A stretch of 53,611 nucleotides of DNA, filler included, from Asterionella formosa (lineage: Eukaryota): NCBI GenBank assembly GCA_002256025.1. It is 4 parts of 4 records of this genome, joined end to end, with 100 filler letters (N's around TTAATTAATTAA, not from the genome) between each part and the next. Parts side by side here need not be neighbours in the genome. Positions count along the whole stretch, not along the records: positions 13,437 to 26,761 come from NKIB01006778.1; positions 26,862 to 40,189 come from NKIB01006789.1; 2 more parts are not named here. One strand, given 5' to 3'. Made by a program: the position numbers and the translations under genes. Shown piece by piece: positions 23,959 to 37,198 of the stretch. The notes under the pieces were generated by a model. It made no database searches, was not told where the DNA came from, and worked only from the letters and a program-made list of their open reading frames with translations. The number at the start of each line of letters is the position of its first letter. Within the stretch, counting starts at the first letter, position 1.

Positions 23959-25266
23959 ATGTCGTACAGCAACAATGGTTGTCGAAATGAGTCCAATGAT
24001 GTTGATAAACTTCTTCGTTATTGGGGCGTTTCAAATGATCCCTGTATTTTTACTAATATTGTTGGTGCTGGTATTGATACAGAAGAAAAAAGGAACAAGC
24101 TTCTGTGCACCATTAAGGCCGTATTTGAGAAGCATCGCCAAAATTGGGAAACTTTTTTCCTGACAAGCCGATGGAATTATTCATTCCTGTCAAACCAAAT
24201 AAAGATCATCGACGTCGTGTATTCTCCATTTATGCATTGACACAGGCGAGTGAAAACGAAATGTTGACGCCAGTTCATCTTCTCCCAATACCATTCCAAG
24301 AAGTAAAGATTATGTTGCTTGTATGCCCATGGTAGATCTTGTTTCTACTTCCTCAGAGCGTCTAATTGAGTCTATTGAATCTGATAGACTTGATATGATA
24401 AAATCTCCCCCTTCCAAAGCAAAAGCAAAATTTAAATAATAGGCAACTCCAGACATGGTTGCCAATCCGGAAGAAGAAGTCCATGACTTGTCACCAACGA
24501 GTTCCGAAATTGTATGAGTGATTGGGAAAGTAAATAAAAAAACAGGTCCAGGAGGAAAGTGATTTGTCCCATTTATCTAGTAAAGAGTTAGAAATATTGA
24601 AACAGGACATGGTCGTCAGTCTGGATGTAATTCATGACTTCTTACCAAAGATTTCCGAAACTGTTGCAGTCACTGGGACAGTAATTGAGCAGGTCAAGGA
24701 GATAAGTGATTGATCCTATAATGATAAATCATTATTGAAATTATTTGATGAAGGAATTCATAAATATTTATGCGAAAGAGCGAGGAGAAGTGAAGAAACA
24801 CATCAATTACTTGTATCGAAAAAATCGATAAAGGGAAAGATTGCAGCTGCTGTTTCGGGATATGGCAACAAATTGGAATGTTTCAACAATCACCTTTATA
24901 GTGTTTCACCCTCTTTTTTGTGGAAAGCGTGTCCCGCCCATTCTGCGTGAATTGCCAAGTATTTGATATACCTTTTCGGTTCCCACTTCCGTTGGTGGGT
25001 CCGGAGTCTCATAAGCTTTACTACAATACATACTCTCGCTCCCCCTCAGAAGTACGTCAATATTGCAGGAATGAGTATTCCCTTAAATTTTCAGAGAAGC
25101 AGTAAAGGGACAATCTTATTGAACTGGACAATTGTGCATATTGGTATATTGAAAATGTGACCGCCATTGTGAAGGTCATTGTTCATGAACTGCATCCCTC
25201 AAACATTCATGTAATTGTTGAATCTCAAGACAGAAATGATTGGAATACTGAACATCCTTATCCATC
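23959..25266 (+). pseudogene. 5' half of the transposon-borne Ulp1-like protease gene (stops, frameshifts, truncated)
   Basis: Fragments KLFDEGIHKYLCERARRSEE and TAIVKVIVHELHPSNIHVIVESQDRNDWNTE match ORFs 44098-45087 and 43487-44263. Confidence 0.8.
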
Positions 25267-26276
25267 TTCTAGATGTGCATTGGTGAATCTCGCTAATGGA
25301 TGTTCAGAATGTTTCTGCATTTTGTCAATTGTGGATTCATCACTGAAAAGTCCAATTCCTACAAACAGGTGGCCGGCTTTTAGTTACCCATCCTCTGAAG
25401 CGTGGGATTCATTAAAAGCTGAGTGAAACCATTCTGCAGAAGTAGTTTCATCGAAAATGCGTTTTCCGCAAGTTGTGAATTTCTCTTGCGGGCAGTACAA
25501 AAAATGTTTCATCACGTCAGGATCTTGTAGCATGGAACCCAGTAACCCAACAGGATCGAAATAATGCAGAGTGCAGGGTAGTTGAAATCCTAAATTAGGT
25601 TCACTTTGCCATTGTTTTACCAAAAACTTCCCCCCTGTAAGAGACGGAGGAAATGATGTATTCAAATTTTTTTAAATGTCTGATGGGAATAGCCATCATC
25701 ACAAGCCTTGAAAGCCCAATTCATAATATGATCAAAGTAGGATGGTGGCAAGAAATGTTCGTTGATAAATAATGTTAGCTCTAACTCGATTGGGTCCATT
25801 GCTAATGTTTCTCTACTGGGAATAGACAAGTTGTATTGCAGAGGAATATGCTTTGATTGATGCAATAAAAGTCCTTCTTTTTTCCTTGTTTTCAAAATAC
25901 TGTATGTTTTTCCGGATATCGATTCAAACTGTATAGTCTCTTCTCGGTCCTCTGTCGAGATAATATCATCATCATCTTGGAAGCTATTATTTGCTTCGGG
26001 GAAAGAAACATCACCGGCTGGTTGCTGAATGCCTTCCAATGTTTGTCTGCTCGTGAAAAGGTGTTCAGAGGGAGTTTTGAAACAGAATTCCGACGATGCA
26101 ACGATCGACGGATCTAGCTGGTGTTCTTGATAACTAACACGACACCAACCAATTGGTACAAAATAACGATTCGAGCAAATATTGTGATGCAATCTCGGTG
26201 GTTTCCGATTTTTTCTCACTTTGTAGCCACATAGTGGACACCAGTTATAGATCCTTCGTGTAGGACCTGATAACAT
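25267..26276 (-). pseudogene. N-terminal half of a Plavaka/CACTA(EnSpm)-like transposase
   Basis: N-terminal WCPLCGY..HH Zn-finger-like motif; LPPSYFDHIMNWA; YFDPVGLLGSMLQDP..RIFDETTSAEWF. After an in-frame TAA comes FVGIGLFSDESTIDKMQKHSEHP, matching the Plavaka pattern 'E-x-x-T/S-G/A-x-W ... hhLxSDxTxh' around the first catalytic Asp. Confidence 0.7.
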
Positions 26277-26761
26277 TTGTCAACCAATACCATCAGTCAT
26301 CGAATGAAATGACTTTGTCTTCACTTGTAACTAAGTTTCATGATGATACGCATTGGTACCAACTAAACATTCATGTTAGAATACTGTATAATTTGTCGGT
26401 ACTCTCGAACAGTAGGTTTGCCCAACCAGTATTGCGGTATTCCTCAAGCCATTGATGAATTTCTTACGTTTTTGACGGTTACTTTACGGCCACTACTAAC
26501 CGTGGACACAAACCAAAACACAAAAACTTATTTTTGGATTGGTTTTTATGAAATTAGATCTTAAGTTAGACCACACTGTTCCGTCATGTTGCAATAAGAA
26601 TGATGAGAATTTCTGGTTACGACCACATTTTGATCCATCAGTGTGTATGTTGTCATCCTGTCGTTTCAGTTCGGCGACGTAGTGTCCATTTCTTTGCTTT
26701 ATGCTGGCGACAAATAGAAATGAATCCATAGAGCACCATTTTTTAAACTATTATCCAAATC

Positions 26762-26861
26762 NNNNNNNNNNNNNNNNNNNNNNNNNNNNNNNNNNNNNNN
26801 NNNNNTTAATTAATTAANNNNNNNNNNNNNNNNNNNNNNNNNNNNNNNNNNNNNNNNNNNN
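26762..26861. other. Artificial assembly spacer
   Basis: N44-TTAATTAATTAA-N44. Confidence 0.98.
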
Positions 26862-28954
26862 ACTCGAAGATACGTGATTGTTCATATTGGCTGAGAAGAA
26901 GCCTAGAATCCTCGCCAAAACGACGAGGTGAAGAAATGAGAGCGATTGGCGGACATAGCCGCGCAGGGTCGCTCATTTATTCATGTATATATCATGCTGT
27001 GTACAGGTATAATCATACTTTGGTCGACCTGTACGATAATTATGTATACGTACATATGTAGAAATGCATTGTCGTATGCATAACTGAGGGCTCGTTCGGG
27101 TACCGGTACCGGTACCTGGTACCCTGGTACCTGGTAGTCTAAGTCTAGCGGCGTCCGGTTGACCGGTCCTAAATAACGGTAGACCCCAGATATTCCTAAA
27201 TCCACATTTACCATCTTTACGTAGACTTCGTATGCATACCGTTGGAATGTATTGTTTATTAAATTGTGTGCATGCTCTGTACCCGCTTCACGGTATAGTA
27301 CCATTTGGAAGGTCAGGTATTTAAAACACGTATTTTACTTAAGAAAGGGTTAAGCTAAATATCTCGATTACGGGCCTTCGCTCTGGAAACCACTGTTTGA
27401 CACACAAGTGTGCTTTACAGGAGGAATCCGGAACCTGGTAGCAACAGTTCTTCACGCAAAGTAACTTCGACACAATCAGCGTCTCGTCCGATTTGTCTTT
27501 CTCCATCTGTAGCTATGTACCTGGTAGTGGTTATGTAGTTGTTTATGTCACTCCATGTGTGCTTCGCTAGAATTGGCTAAATCGCGCAATCGAATACGAG
27601 AATAGCGAGCCAAGAATAAGGCTAAATTATCGTAAGCAGTCGAGATGAGCTTTGCCATGGGAGTGACTTAGGGTGGGTGATTTATACTATCAATTGCGAA
27701 AGGCTTTGCGATGTTTAGACTGCTTCTTTGAACTGCCTGGCTTCAAAGAATTGTGTGCTTCACCCCTGTACCAATCTTACAAATGAAAACCTCGCATGGT
27801 TGTCATGATCTTTCTCCCTTACTTTAGCTGGCGACTCCTTGGTTGTTCGATTCAACTCATTGTTACATCACAATAGATACTAGCTAACAATAGATGGTGT
27901 GCGTAATACTACATGGCGGTAATTAAAAACATACAATAGACAGCATGCATAATATACCAATATATCGCAAGCAAATACCTGGTACTATATGTCACTGCTG
28001 AGATTGCTATTGCCTTCTCATCATGGATAGTAATGGAACTTCGTTTTGCTGCAATTTTTCTAATTTAGCCAAACCACATAGCATCCTGATGTCAACACAG
28101 AGAGAGTTTGAATTGAACATAGCAACAACAATCGTTCTGACATAGAGAATCGTCTATTTGGGCTTACATTTAAAGATGTTCTAATACTGAGGAAGAATTT
28201 GAAACGACTCATAGAATCGGTTTAATTTACCAAATGCATTTATCAGAACAGTCATCTTTAAAAGTGAAACCAAAATAATTGAATCATTTCTTTTCCAATC
28301 AAAAGCTACTGGTCCATCATATTGATCATTCGCTGAATCTCCAAGAAGCCAGTCGATTTTTGATGATAATGCACGATATGACATTTTACGATGCATCTTC
28401 ATGATACCTCGACATTTAGATTCCAAGGTTTCTACATCAGTATATTGCTCAAAGAACAAGGTGTTTTGCTTAGCGTGGAGCCCATTTGCTTAAACTAAAA
28501 TAGTCCTTCAGTACTTTAACCCGAAAAAATTCATCGAAATCCGATTTTTCCGAATTTTATCTGAAAATATCAAATTTTGTTGACTATGGAAATCTAATTA
28601 TTATATGCATTGTTTCTTTTATGTTCCTTTATTTAAATTTCTTGGTAGGATAATGTAACAATCATTCGAACTCGTAATGTTTCCGCACAAAGCGCACATT
28701 GTAAATCCGTTTCGTCGATCACCAGCATTACAATCTCGCCAATCAACCCGTAAACAAACACACTCTACTTGTTCTCGTTGACATTTTCAATTTTCGCATG
28801 ATACTACATCTACTATGGAGATTCAGCATAGAAGGAGATACGAAAATGTAACAGACTACTGTGCACATAGCTATAGTTACAGAATGATTCTGATTACAAT
28901 TTCTTTTTCATATCGCTCGTTTCTGCATTTGGCATGCTGTACTTGTTTTTACTA

Positions 28955-29350
28955 TTGAATTTGTCCGCATCTTTGATACCATCAAGAGAGCGAAAGCAAG
29001 TGCCTCTCTTCATTGTTGTTTGTTTGTAGGAAATATTTGATATCCGTTTCGTAATTTGCTTGTTGGAACTGTCTGTTGCCTCAAACCTGCTTGGCGTGTG
29101 CGTACACACACTGCCGACTCTTTTTCATTGGTATGTTTTGTTGTTCTTGTATTCACTGTTGAACTTGTCCGCATCTTTGTTACCGTCAATAGAGCGACAA
29201 GTTGGTGTCCGTGTCATCCTCGTCAATAGAGGGACAAGTGTCCTTCATCATTGCGGTTTGCCGCTGGAAAAATCGGTACCTGAGGTATGGCCATTTGCTT
29301 GTTGGAACTGTCCATTGCCTCAAACCTGCTTAGCGTGTGTGTACGTACAC
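28955..29350. repeat. Diverged direct duplication (~200-240 bp period)
   Basis: TTGAA(T/C)TTGTCCGCATCTTTG at ~28956 and ~29159; ATTTGCTTGTTGGAACTGTC..TTGCCTCAAACCTGCTT.GCGTGTG at ~29054 and ~29293. Confidence 0.8.
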
Positions 29351-30144
29351 TGTCGACTTGTGTACATTACAGGAGTGACTTAGCTACTAAGAAAGTGCGT
29401 GTTATAGTATCATACTCCGTAGTACGATGCAGAATACAGTTCCCAATCATCTTATCATGATTGATAAGATGATAATGTGATATCAAGATAGGGTTACATC
29501 GATGCATACATCACCAAAGTATGATACGTAATATTGAATAAAGTATATCACATGGCTATGATGCATTGATCATAGAACTTTGATGATCCTTTGAATGTTT
29601 ATGATATAATTATGATATAATTTTGATCAAAATATGATCATGTTAAAATAATACATTGATAAAAAAATACGATAAAATATGAACGCAAGTGTTATCGATA
29701 CATCACAGAAAATAAATAAATAAATCATAGTTATGTTACTTAATATATAAATTAGACTTTTAATGTAGACAGTAAAAGCCAACAGTTAATATGATAGTAT
29801 TATATGGTGGATAGGATCTAAGTATACGGATGCGTTGATTTGAACATCACTATAATATGATTTGTGATATGGATGGATGCATATCACATACCGGTATCCT
29901 CAACAACCGGCCATCACGTTCATTGAGGTGTCGTTTTTCCTTGTTATAGCTGTATTTATGCCGGCATGTGTATTGTGTAAACACTACGCTGGCGGAACAT
30001 GCATATTACACTGCTGTGCTCTGTTCAACAATTACTACACTCGGTTACCATCACACCAGCTGCACCTCCACAAGCGCCGCAAAAAGCTAGCTCAGCGTTT
30101 CCCTTCCACTGTTTTACATCATAGTCTTCTGGCCCTTTGACAAC

Positions 30145-32261
30145 TTGCTTTCCAAATGGCATTTCATGGATTTCATGCAAAGGATCAGTCAAACAAGAAA
30201 CAAACATGACTTACTTCCATTGTTTACACTACACGACTTTATGTTTTCGGCAAAGAAGATGAAGAGACGTATGAAATCAATCGAAGATTCCTTTGAATAC
30301 ACTCAAAGATCAGATGAATTTGAACAGATTCATAATACTCCAGAAAAAATAATGAAGTATGCCGATACAATAGTGGCAGAGACTGAAAAGAAGGAAAGAT
30401 TGCTTTCGAAGAGGAAACCCAAACAGTTGTTCTTCGCGGATGAAAACTCTATTCCTACAGAGTCACAGTTCCATCCAGTGTCGAATTTTGCTCATTCTCC
30501 TGAAATTGCTGATAATGAAGAAGAACTCAGTGATTCTCATTCATTTGATGAACAAATTCATGCGATGGATAAAAATACCTGCGGAAATGTGGGAGACATC
30601 ACTTCTGAAGTAGAAATGGTTGAAAAGTTGCAAAACCAAGAAATATGTCTCACTATTCGTCCAGAACATCAAGATGAACATCATGAAAGCAGATAAACTA
30701 TTGCATTTCTAAAAGGAAAGGAATATATTCAAGAAAACGTCCGAGCTAGATCAAGACCTCGAATTCAAGAAGATCAATGCAGACAGAGATGTGATGACTA
30801 TGCTGGGTAAGGCAGTTGATGCACTGAGTCGGGAACGAAGTTTGAAGAAAAAATTGAATCTTTTTCAAAATCATACATGGAAGAAAAAGATTAGGATTTC
30901 TTTGTAAAATCATCGAGAACAATCCCGAAGGCAGCTAGCTACTTTTGTGAAGAGTCAGCATGTGAAATGTGTAGAGTTATTATGCCAAAGCAAACGGCAT
31001 TTTCCTTGAGTTTGCCGAAATCGCATGGACATTTTAAATTGTGGAAAGATTTGTACACACATACCCCATAAGAAATATGCAATTACGCCTCTGTATTTTA
31101 TGGAGTCAAAGGTATCAAAAAAACATCTTCAGATTTTATATATCTTGCATATTGGGACCTTGAAACAATTACCTCTATGATCCATTATATAATTCATGAA
31201 CTTCATCCAATTGATGTAAAGGTTATATTTGATCTGGATGAGAACCCAGAAAAGGGTAATGACAAACCGCATATATACCAGGGTGATTGTCATCCACTTC
31301 ATCATGACAGTAACTATGTGCTAATTGTTTATTGCAAAAGATCAGATGAGGAGGAAAACAATCATTTTGTGCATTATCTTTTTGCTATAAATGATGGATT
31401 ATGTCAAGTCCGTGATCCAGGAAAAGATATAAGTTTGGATGAACATTATGATCAAGTATTTCACCTTGCCCGTAAGTACTGCATCATTCCTGGATGCTGC
31501 AGACAAATAGAATTGTTTCGCACTGAAACAGGATATCTTCCACAAGAATAACATACACCTGAAGCAATTGGTTTTATCGGAATCTTTCTATACTGGCACC
31601 AAAGCACCATTGCAGATCATAATGGCCACTGAACATGATTCCATGTTATTTCAACCAGAATATGATAGTGGATGGTCATGTGGACCATTTACAATTGTAA
31701 AAGTATTGGAAACTCTATTGCAATTAGAAAGGAATGGCAAAATCAAATTTCTTGGCAACCGGGCACAATTCCAATTGGACGCAGAGTCCTGGAATATTTT
31801 CAAAACGTCACGTAGCAACAGACGATTTGTTACTATCTGTTACATCTGAACCACCAACCAAGTCAACATACTTTCATCTTGGAACAGTTTGGCCTCAAGT
31901 GAAAACGACAAACATTCGTGAAGATATGTTTCAGTTGGAAATAACTGTTCTTCAATTTTTTATCGACAAAATTTTGAGCTCCTATTTAGATTTCAAAATG
32001 TTAAACGAAGTATTTGGACGACTTCCTTGCAACTCATCTTTCAACAGGGATGATGTTGTCAACGTGAAATCCAAGATCCAACAAATGAATGAAAAAGTTG
32101 TTCCCTTCAAATGGTATAATCATGTACCTCTTGGCCGAATTTCTGAATGCATCAAAATTGACCAAAAGTTTAAAAAATATTTTGTAACTGATGATAGCCC
32201 TTCTTCTGGAATCAAATTGAAAAAAGTTACTGACTCATATCGAACTGTAGTTGAGAAGTAG
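30145..32261 (+). pseudogene. Ulp1/C48-like cysteine protease gene, frameshifted
   Basis: YWD..IIHELHP, NHFVHYLFAINDGLCQVRDPG (His, Asp), LARKYCIIPG and FQPEYDSGWSCGPF (Gln, Cys) parallel HYVLYCFDLNEGNVEVGDP, IARKYRICPG and QPKNGGWSCGPF in contig 4. Confidence 0.65.
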
Positions 32262-32482
32262 AGAAGAAAAATTTCGGACGAAACAAGAATGACCATCTTA
32301 GGTTCTTTGGGAGTGAAAAAGAACAAATAATAGACCATTGGGATCATCCAATCTCATCATTCCTCAGGATATTTTAGCTTGTGAAAACCTTCTATTAACT
32401 TCACTAGTATGTGAAACAATTTTATCACTATTATTATATTATTCTTGTGTATTTAGCAACGTTCGCTTATTAGTTTTTGGTC

Positions 32483-34276
32483 CTACCCGGTTGATTTCCA
32501 TAAATGACGTCGAGGCATGGCAACATAAAAATTATCTTTTCGTCTCTGTTCCGAAACTTCTTGCGGTTTCAGAGATTTCCTTGATTCCTGTGGTTTCAAA
32601 GCAGGATTAACAAATGCTGCCGAAAGTATGTTATGAAATTCAAAAACGCTTGTTTCAGTTGTATCATTGCATAAGGTGTCTCCTCTTGCAAAAAACATAC
32701 GTTTATGAATTTTCATTTCAGTTGAACTTTTCAAGGAACGAAGTCCAATACACGCTAAGAGAATGGTTGTTTTGTTGGACAAAAAACATTTCCCCAAAGA
32801 AGTAGTTTTGCCGGAACTGTGTAGGAACTTGATCCATTTGAATCATTATTTCATTTCGGATGGCATCTGAAAATAGTAGTTTGGCCGGGAACATTATAAT
32901 CGATTTTAGCATGATAATAAAAGTCAATCCTTACAATGGAACCAGCTCATGCCCAACCCCATCTTCAAGATTTTTGATTCTTGCTATTTCTATTGCTGAA
33001 TTCGCAATTCTCTTTACATAGTTGGCCCCCCTTGGTAAATCAGGATGAACCAATTGAGACCACAAGGATGCATCCTTACTCCGTGATACATGCCCAATCT
33101 TATTAGGGACACCTGCTATAGTCCATAGACCATTTGATGATGAAGCAGATATTTGAACTTTAACAAGAAGGGATAGAGAATGGGTCTTGGTAGGCGATAT
33201 TCCCAAATTATCAGGCGACGTACTGGGCAACATCCTTGTATCAGGAATCATTCCTTCGAAATTAATTTCTGTTGAAATACCCTCAGTTACATTCATATGT
33301 ACTAATTTAATCATCTTCTTTTGTTTGTTTTCTGTATGTAATGTATCACTTGAAAAAACAATTTTTCGTGCCAAGGAAAACTGCCTTGTTTCATATGACC
33401 TTGTTAAAATGTCATGCTTAAATTGATGTAATTGTCCATTGACACAATTACTGCGTCGTTTCAATTTGTCTTTCAAAAAAGATTCCAAATATCCACCAAA
33501 GAAATTAAGAGGAGATCCGAACTTCCTAATCAGATGAGGGGAATGTTTTGAAATTTTGCCATTCGTAAGCCAATTTGAGATATCATTTCCCATTGGGGAC
33601 CAATCATAATCTTAGTAACTGACATAAATCTCTTAACCCTTTCCTCTAAAATATCAATACATGTTGATGTATACTGCGGTATGAATAAAAGTGTCATTGA
33701 TGGATATACATAACCATAAAAACAATGTGAAATCCTTTTCTAGGTGCATGTTCTCTGAACCCATCATTCCACCCATTGAAAAAATAGTTAACCGACATAA
33801 TCCGGGAATTTCTTGCCCTGACATTTTCGACAAAGCTGTCATCCGCCCCAGATATGTATGACAATTTTGGAATATCACGATCGCTTTGCCTTTCCAAAAG
33901 ACTATTGATTTGACATATCTAGCTCTTTGTTTGAAGTAAAGTTTCGAAAATACATTTCTGGTGCTGGTACAAGTGTTGGGTCTTGATTTTTGCCAGTGTA
34001 GATATTTTTGGTAACTGGTGCTTGTGTCCTTTTTGGTCTTTTCCCGTTTCTTCGGTTGCTCTTGATCAAGAAAAGCAGTGTCTGTTGTTTCAGTGATACG
34101 TTTCTGATCAGAGATGTTCTCTGGAATATCTGGAGATTTTCTTTCTTTAAAAAAACATGTCCATTCTTCAGGGATAGCCCGATAATGTGAGACTCAGATG
34201 GGGATTTGTTCTTCCGAAATTTGTAGTTACACAGATAACACCATTGCAATGTCCGCAAAGACATTGCAAATTTCAA
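32483..34276 (-). pseudogene. Plavaka/CACTA-like transposase remnant with internal deletions
   Basis: N-terminal WCYLCNYKFRKNK (cf. WCPLCGYKVRKNR). C-terminal HSPHLIRKFGSPLNFFGGYLESFLKDKLKR, MFFARGD and YVAMPRRHLW all match 41730-42845. Confidence 0.72.
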
Positions 34277-34559
34277 ATGATGACAAATTCAGGATGTGAA
34301 CAGGATAGAATGAAAATGAACTATTATTTATAAATTTAGCATCACTCCGATCATGCTCTGCTGGACAATACAGAGTCGTGAAATTATCACTCCACCATAG
34401 TAGTAAAAATGGAGGTATACCGCTACATACAGTACAGGCGCCACTACTAGTAGTATAGAGCAACATCAATGTTTTCCTAACATCTATGATATGGGCTGTG
34501 CATTGTAGAAGTCTCACTTTACTTTATTTATTATGTAACTAAGTATGCTATTAGATCCA

Positions 34560-36380
34560 TTCAAAATCAATGTCGTCATCAATGTCCCGTTGATTAATGC
34601 GGCCATTGTAATCAATATTCTTCTCAGGAACATTTGGTTGAAGTGGTTCAACATATTGATGCATATCCTCTTCACTTACGTTGGGAAATGAGAAGTATGA
34701 GTGTGGGTAGATGATATTTGTTGTGAAAGTAGCAATTCCACTAGGATTCCTTCAATATTCAGATCGATTCTTTTGTGAAATTCCAGTGTAGATTTCCTTA
34801 TAATAACCGAGTAAATCATCAATCCATTGATCAGTGAGACCATTTGAAACTGAACTTTCTTCCCTCACACTTTTTTTGATGAGTGGTTTCCCACCAATGT
34901 CGACAAAAAATCAGTAGAATGACGAATATCGTGCTCTGAAATTTCCTGCGTATCTGGATTGAAACCCAAATATTCTTGTTTCAATTGGAATTTTCCTTTC
35001 AGCACCAAGAAGCAAAAGGCTTCTGTACTGGCATTGATCAGGCAGCGAACCAACAAAACGTGATTGCAATTCACATTGTGCCCGAAAACTGAGTTGAAAT
35101 TTGGTCACACTAGATTTGTTTCCTGTTAAAAATGGTTCTTCACGGCTTGTCCTGCCTATAAAATACACTGGAGCAAGAACATCACGCCAGACTTGGTATC
35201 CTTGGCTTCCCCTGTCAATATCCTTTGACTGCGCAAAACGATAAAGCGTGAACGCCCACCTAATAAAGTCATCAATATCCATAGTCTGGAAGTTAGCTAA
35301 GTTCTGTTAGACCAGCTGGTGTGTCATGAATTATGCTAGCATTTTTAATTCAACCATATTTGATAAGAATATAATCACCGACTCAAAACATCGTGCTTTC
35401 AGAGCATCTCCCACCCTGCAAGAACTTACCTAAGATTCCTTTAAATTGATTATTCAATACATTCTGACATTCTCTCAACTTTTTAATGCACATGCCACCA
35501 AACGTTGATTTAATATAATCTAAACGTGCCTTGTTTGTACGTTCAATGGTCTGATTAATCGGAAGTAGTGCATCAGAACCATTCCATATGAAATCTGCAA
35601 GCTCTGGGTCACTCTCCAATTCTTTGCCTAACTCCGGTTTCACTGTGTATAGCCCAGCTAGTCAGGTCAACATTGGGCAAACCAATCCTGTTTGTGATTG
35701 GAAATGCCTTTCATACTACTTGGACCAGATAGGCAGGGCGGGATGTTTGATTCTCTTTTGGGACCAGAATAAAGCACATAAGATTGATATTCTTTTTTAC
35801 AGTACCTGCAATTCGCGAACTATAACCTCAAACTTACATGTTCACAGCAAAACTTCTTGGTCTTGAAAATAAAAATCACAACCTTTGTTACAATTGATGG
35901 TTCAATTTTAGCTAAGCGAGAACGACGTTCTGATAAGGCTGCTGAAATTGAAGATTCTTGACAACCTCGTATGGACGAGTTTTGAACCGAATTACGACCT
36001 TTGTAGTGATTGAGTTCATTGACCAATTGATGATATCCTTTGGCAAGTGCAAAATGTTTTTTCCTCAGTTTGTCATGTATTTGTTGGTCCATGCGATTAG
36101 AAAATTTATGATATGGTACCATGTTGTCCATCTGCATCCGGGAGTTATTAATGTTATCATCGACAGGAGTCATTTTTCTTGTATCAACAACTGAAAAAGA
36201 AACGTCATCATCGCTTTCAGTATCAATTACGGGAGCCTTTGTACTAGTAGCTGATGGTGTCCCCATCGACAATGGGGTAGTACCACCACTAACCCCCTGT
36301 CGCCGATTGGGTTGCTTTGGATAATCGCCTATTCGCTTTTTCTTTGTAAACTCATTTTGGTACTTGCCTCTTTGTTCCAT
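34560..36380 (-). pseudogene. Accessory ORF of the transposon (disrupted, probably intron-containing)
   Basis: Chain of minus-strand fragments (35820-36380, 35383-35643, 34911-35282, 34865-35074) upstream of the transposase. STEAFCFLVL resembles, from recollection, an 'SDEAFxLLxxEN' motif of diatom repeat-associated hypothetical proteins. Confidence 0.45.
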
Positions 36381-36638
36381 ACCGGCAGTGTTGCCATATG
36401 TCGCTTGTTTCCATGAACCTCTTTATGGTTTTTTCAAGACATTGCTTGTACTATTGTCGTTCTCTTCCTTAAAGTTCGATGATCTTAAAATCAGGTGTTG
36501 CTACCTAAAAATGAAATGAATCATCAGCCACTACATATTTTTTTTACGCTGTCTAGATATGATACCATAAAACCAACAGTGCTATTTACATTATCATATA
36601 CAAAATCAGAACCGAGTTTGAGTAATAGCATATCTTGT

Positions 36639-37198
36639 TTTCAATTATACGATTATACAATCCTAATAATATGATGATTTACTGTCCCGCTGCAGTAGCA
36701 GCAGTCATGAACATATGGTGTTCTGTTGCTCGCTTACTCCCCCAACTACTCCCTTTCAATTTTAGAATCATACAATCCTAAAACAGTAGCAGCAGTCATG
36801 AACATATGGTGCTCTGTTGCTTGCCTACTACTCTGACTATCTTTTTTCAATTTTTATGATTATATGATCCTGAAACTAACTATGATGATTTACTGTCCCG
36901 CTGCAGTAGCAACATTCATGAACAGATGGTGTTCTGTTGCTTGCATACTACTCCAACTATTCTTTTTCAATTTTATGATCATGTGATCCTAAAACTATGA
37001 TGATTTAATGCCTCGCTGCAGTAGCAGCAGTCATGAACATATGCTGCTCTGTTGCTTGCTTACCACTCGTCCGACCATCCTTTTTCAATTTTATGATCAT
37101 ACGATCCTAAAAAACGATCCTAAAACTATGATGATTTACTGTCCCACTGCAGTAGCAGCAGTCATGAACATATGGTGTTCTGTTGCTCGCTTACTACC
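36639..37198. repeat. Tandem repeat, 5 units of ~92-131 bp
   Basis: CAGTAGCAGCAGTCATGAACATATGGTG.TCTGTTGCT at ~36693, 36784, 36904, 37019 and 37150, with TTTCAATTTTATGATCAT..ATCCTAAAACTATGATGATTTACTGTCCC between. Confidence 0.93.

Larger units (their letters stand above)
22505..26761. mobile_element. Internally deleted copy of a Plavaka/CACTA-like DNA transposon (copy A)
   Basis: 22505-25266 is the collinear reverse complement of ~43990-46772. It then switches abruptly to minus-strand transposase sequence. True termini not identified. Confidence 0.75.
29877..36420. mobile_element. Diverged three-ORF Plavaka/CACTA-like element (copy B): Ulp1-like gene (+), transposase (-), accessory ORF (-)
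   Basis: Same convergent protease/transposase layout as copies A and C, with protein-level but weak nucleotide-level similarity. Boundaries approximate. Confidence 0.65.

Noticed and set aside
27900..28459. Minus-strand 92-aa ORF
   Set aside because: Likely a decayed coding fragment, but I cannot assign it.
34441..34460. CACTA pentamers (also ~26491, ~46775) as transposon termini
   Set aside because: No matching inverted partner or target-site duplication found; a 5-mer is expected by chance.
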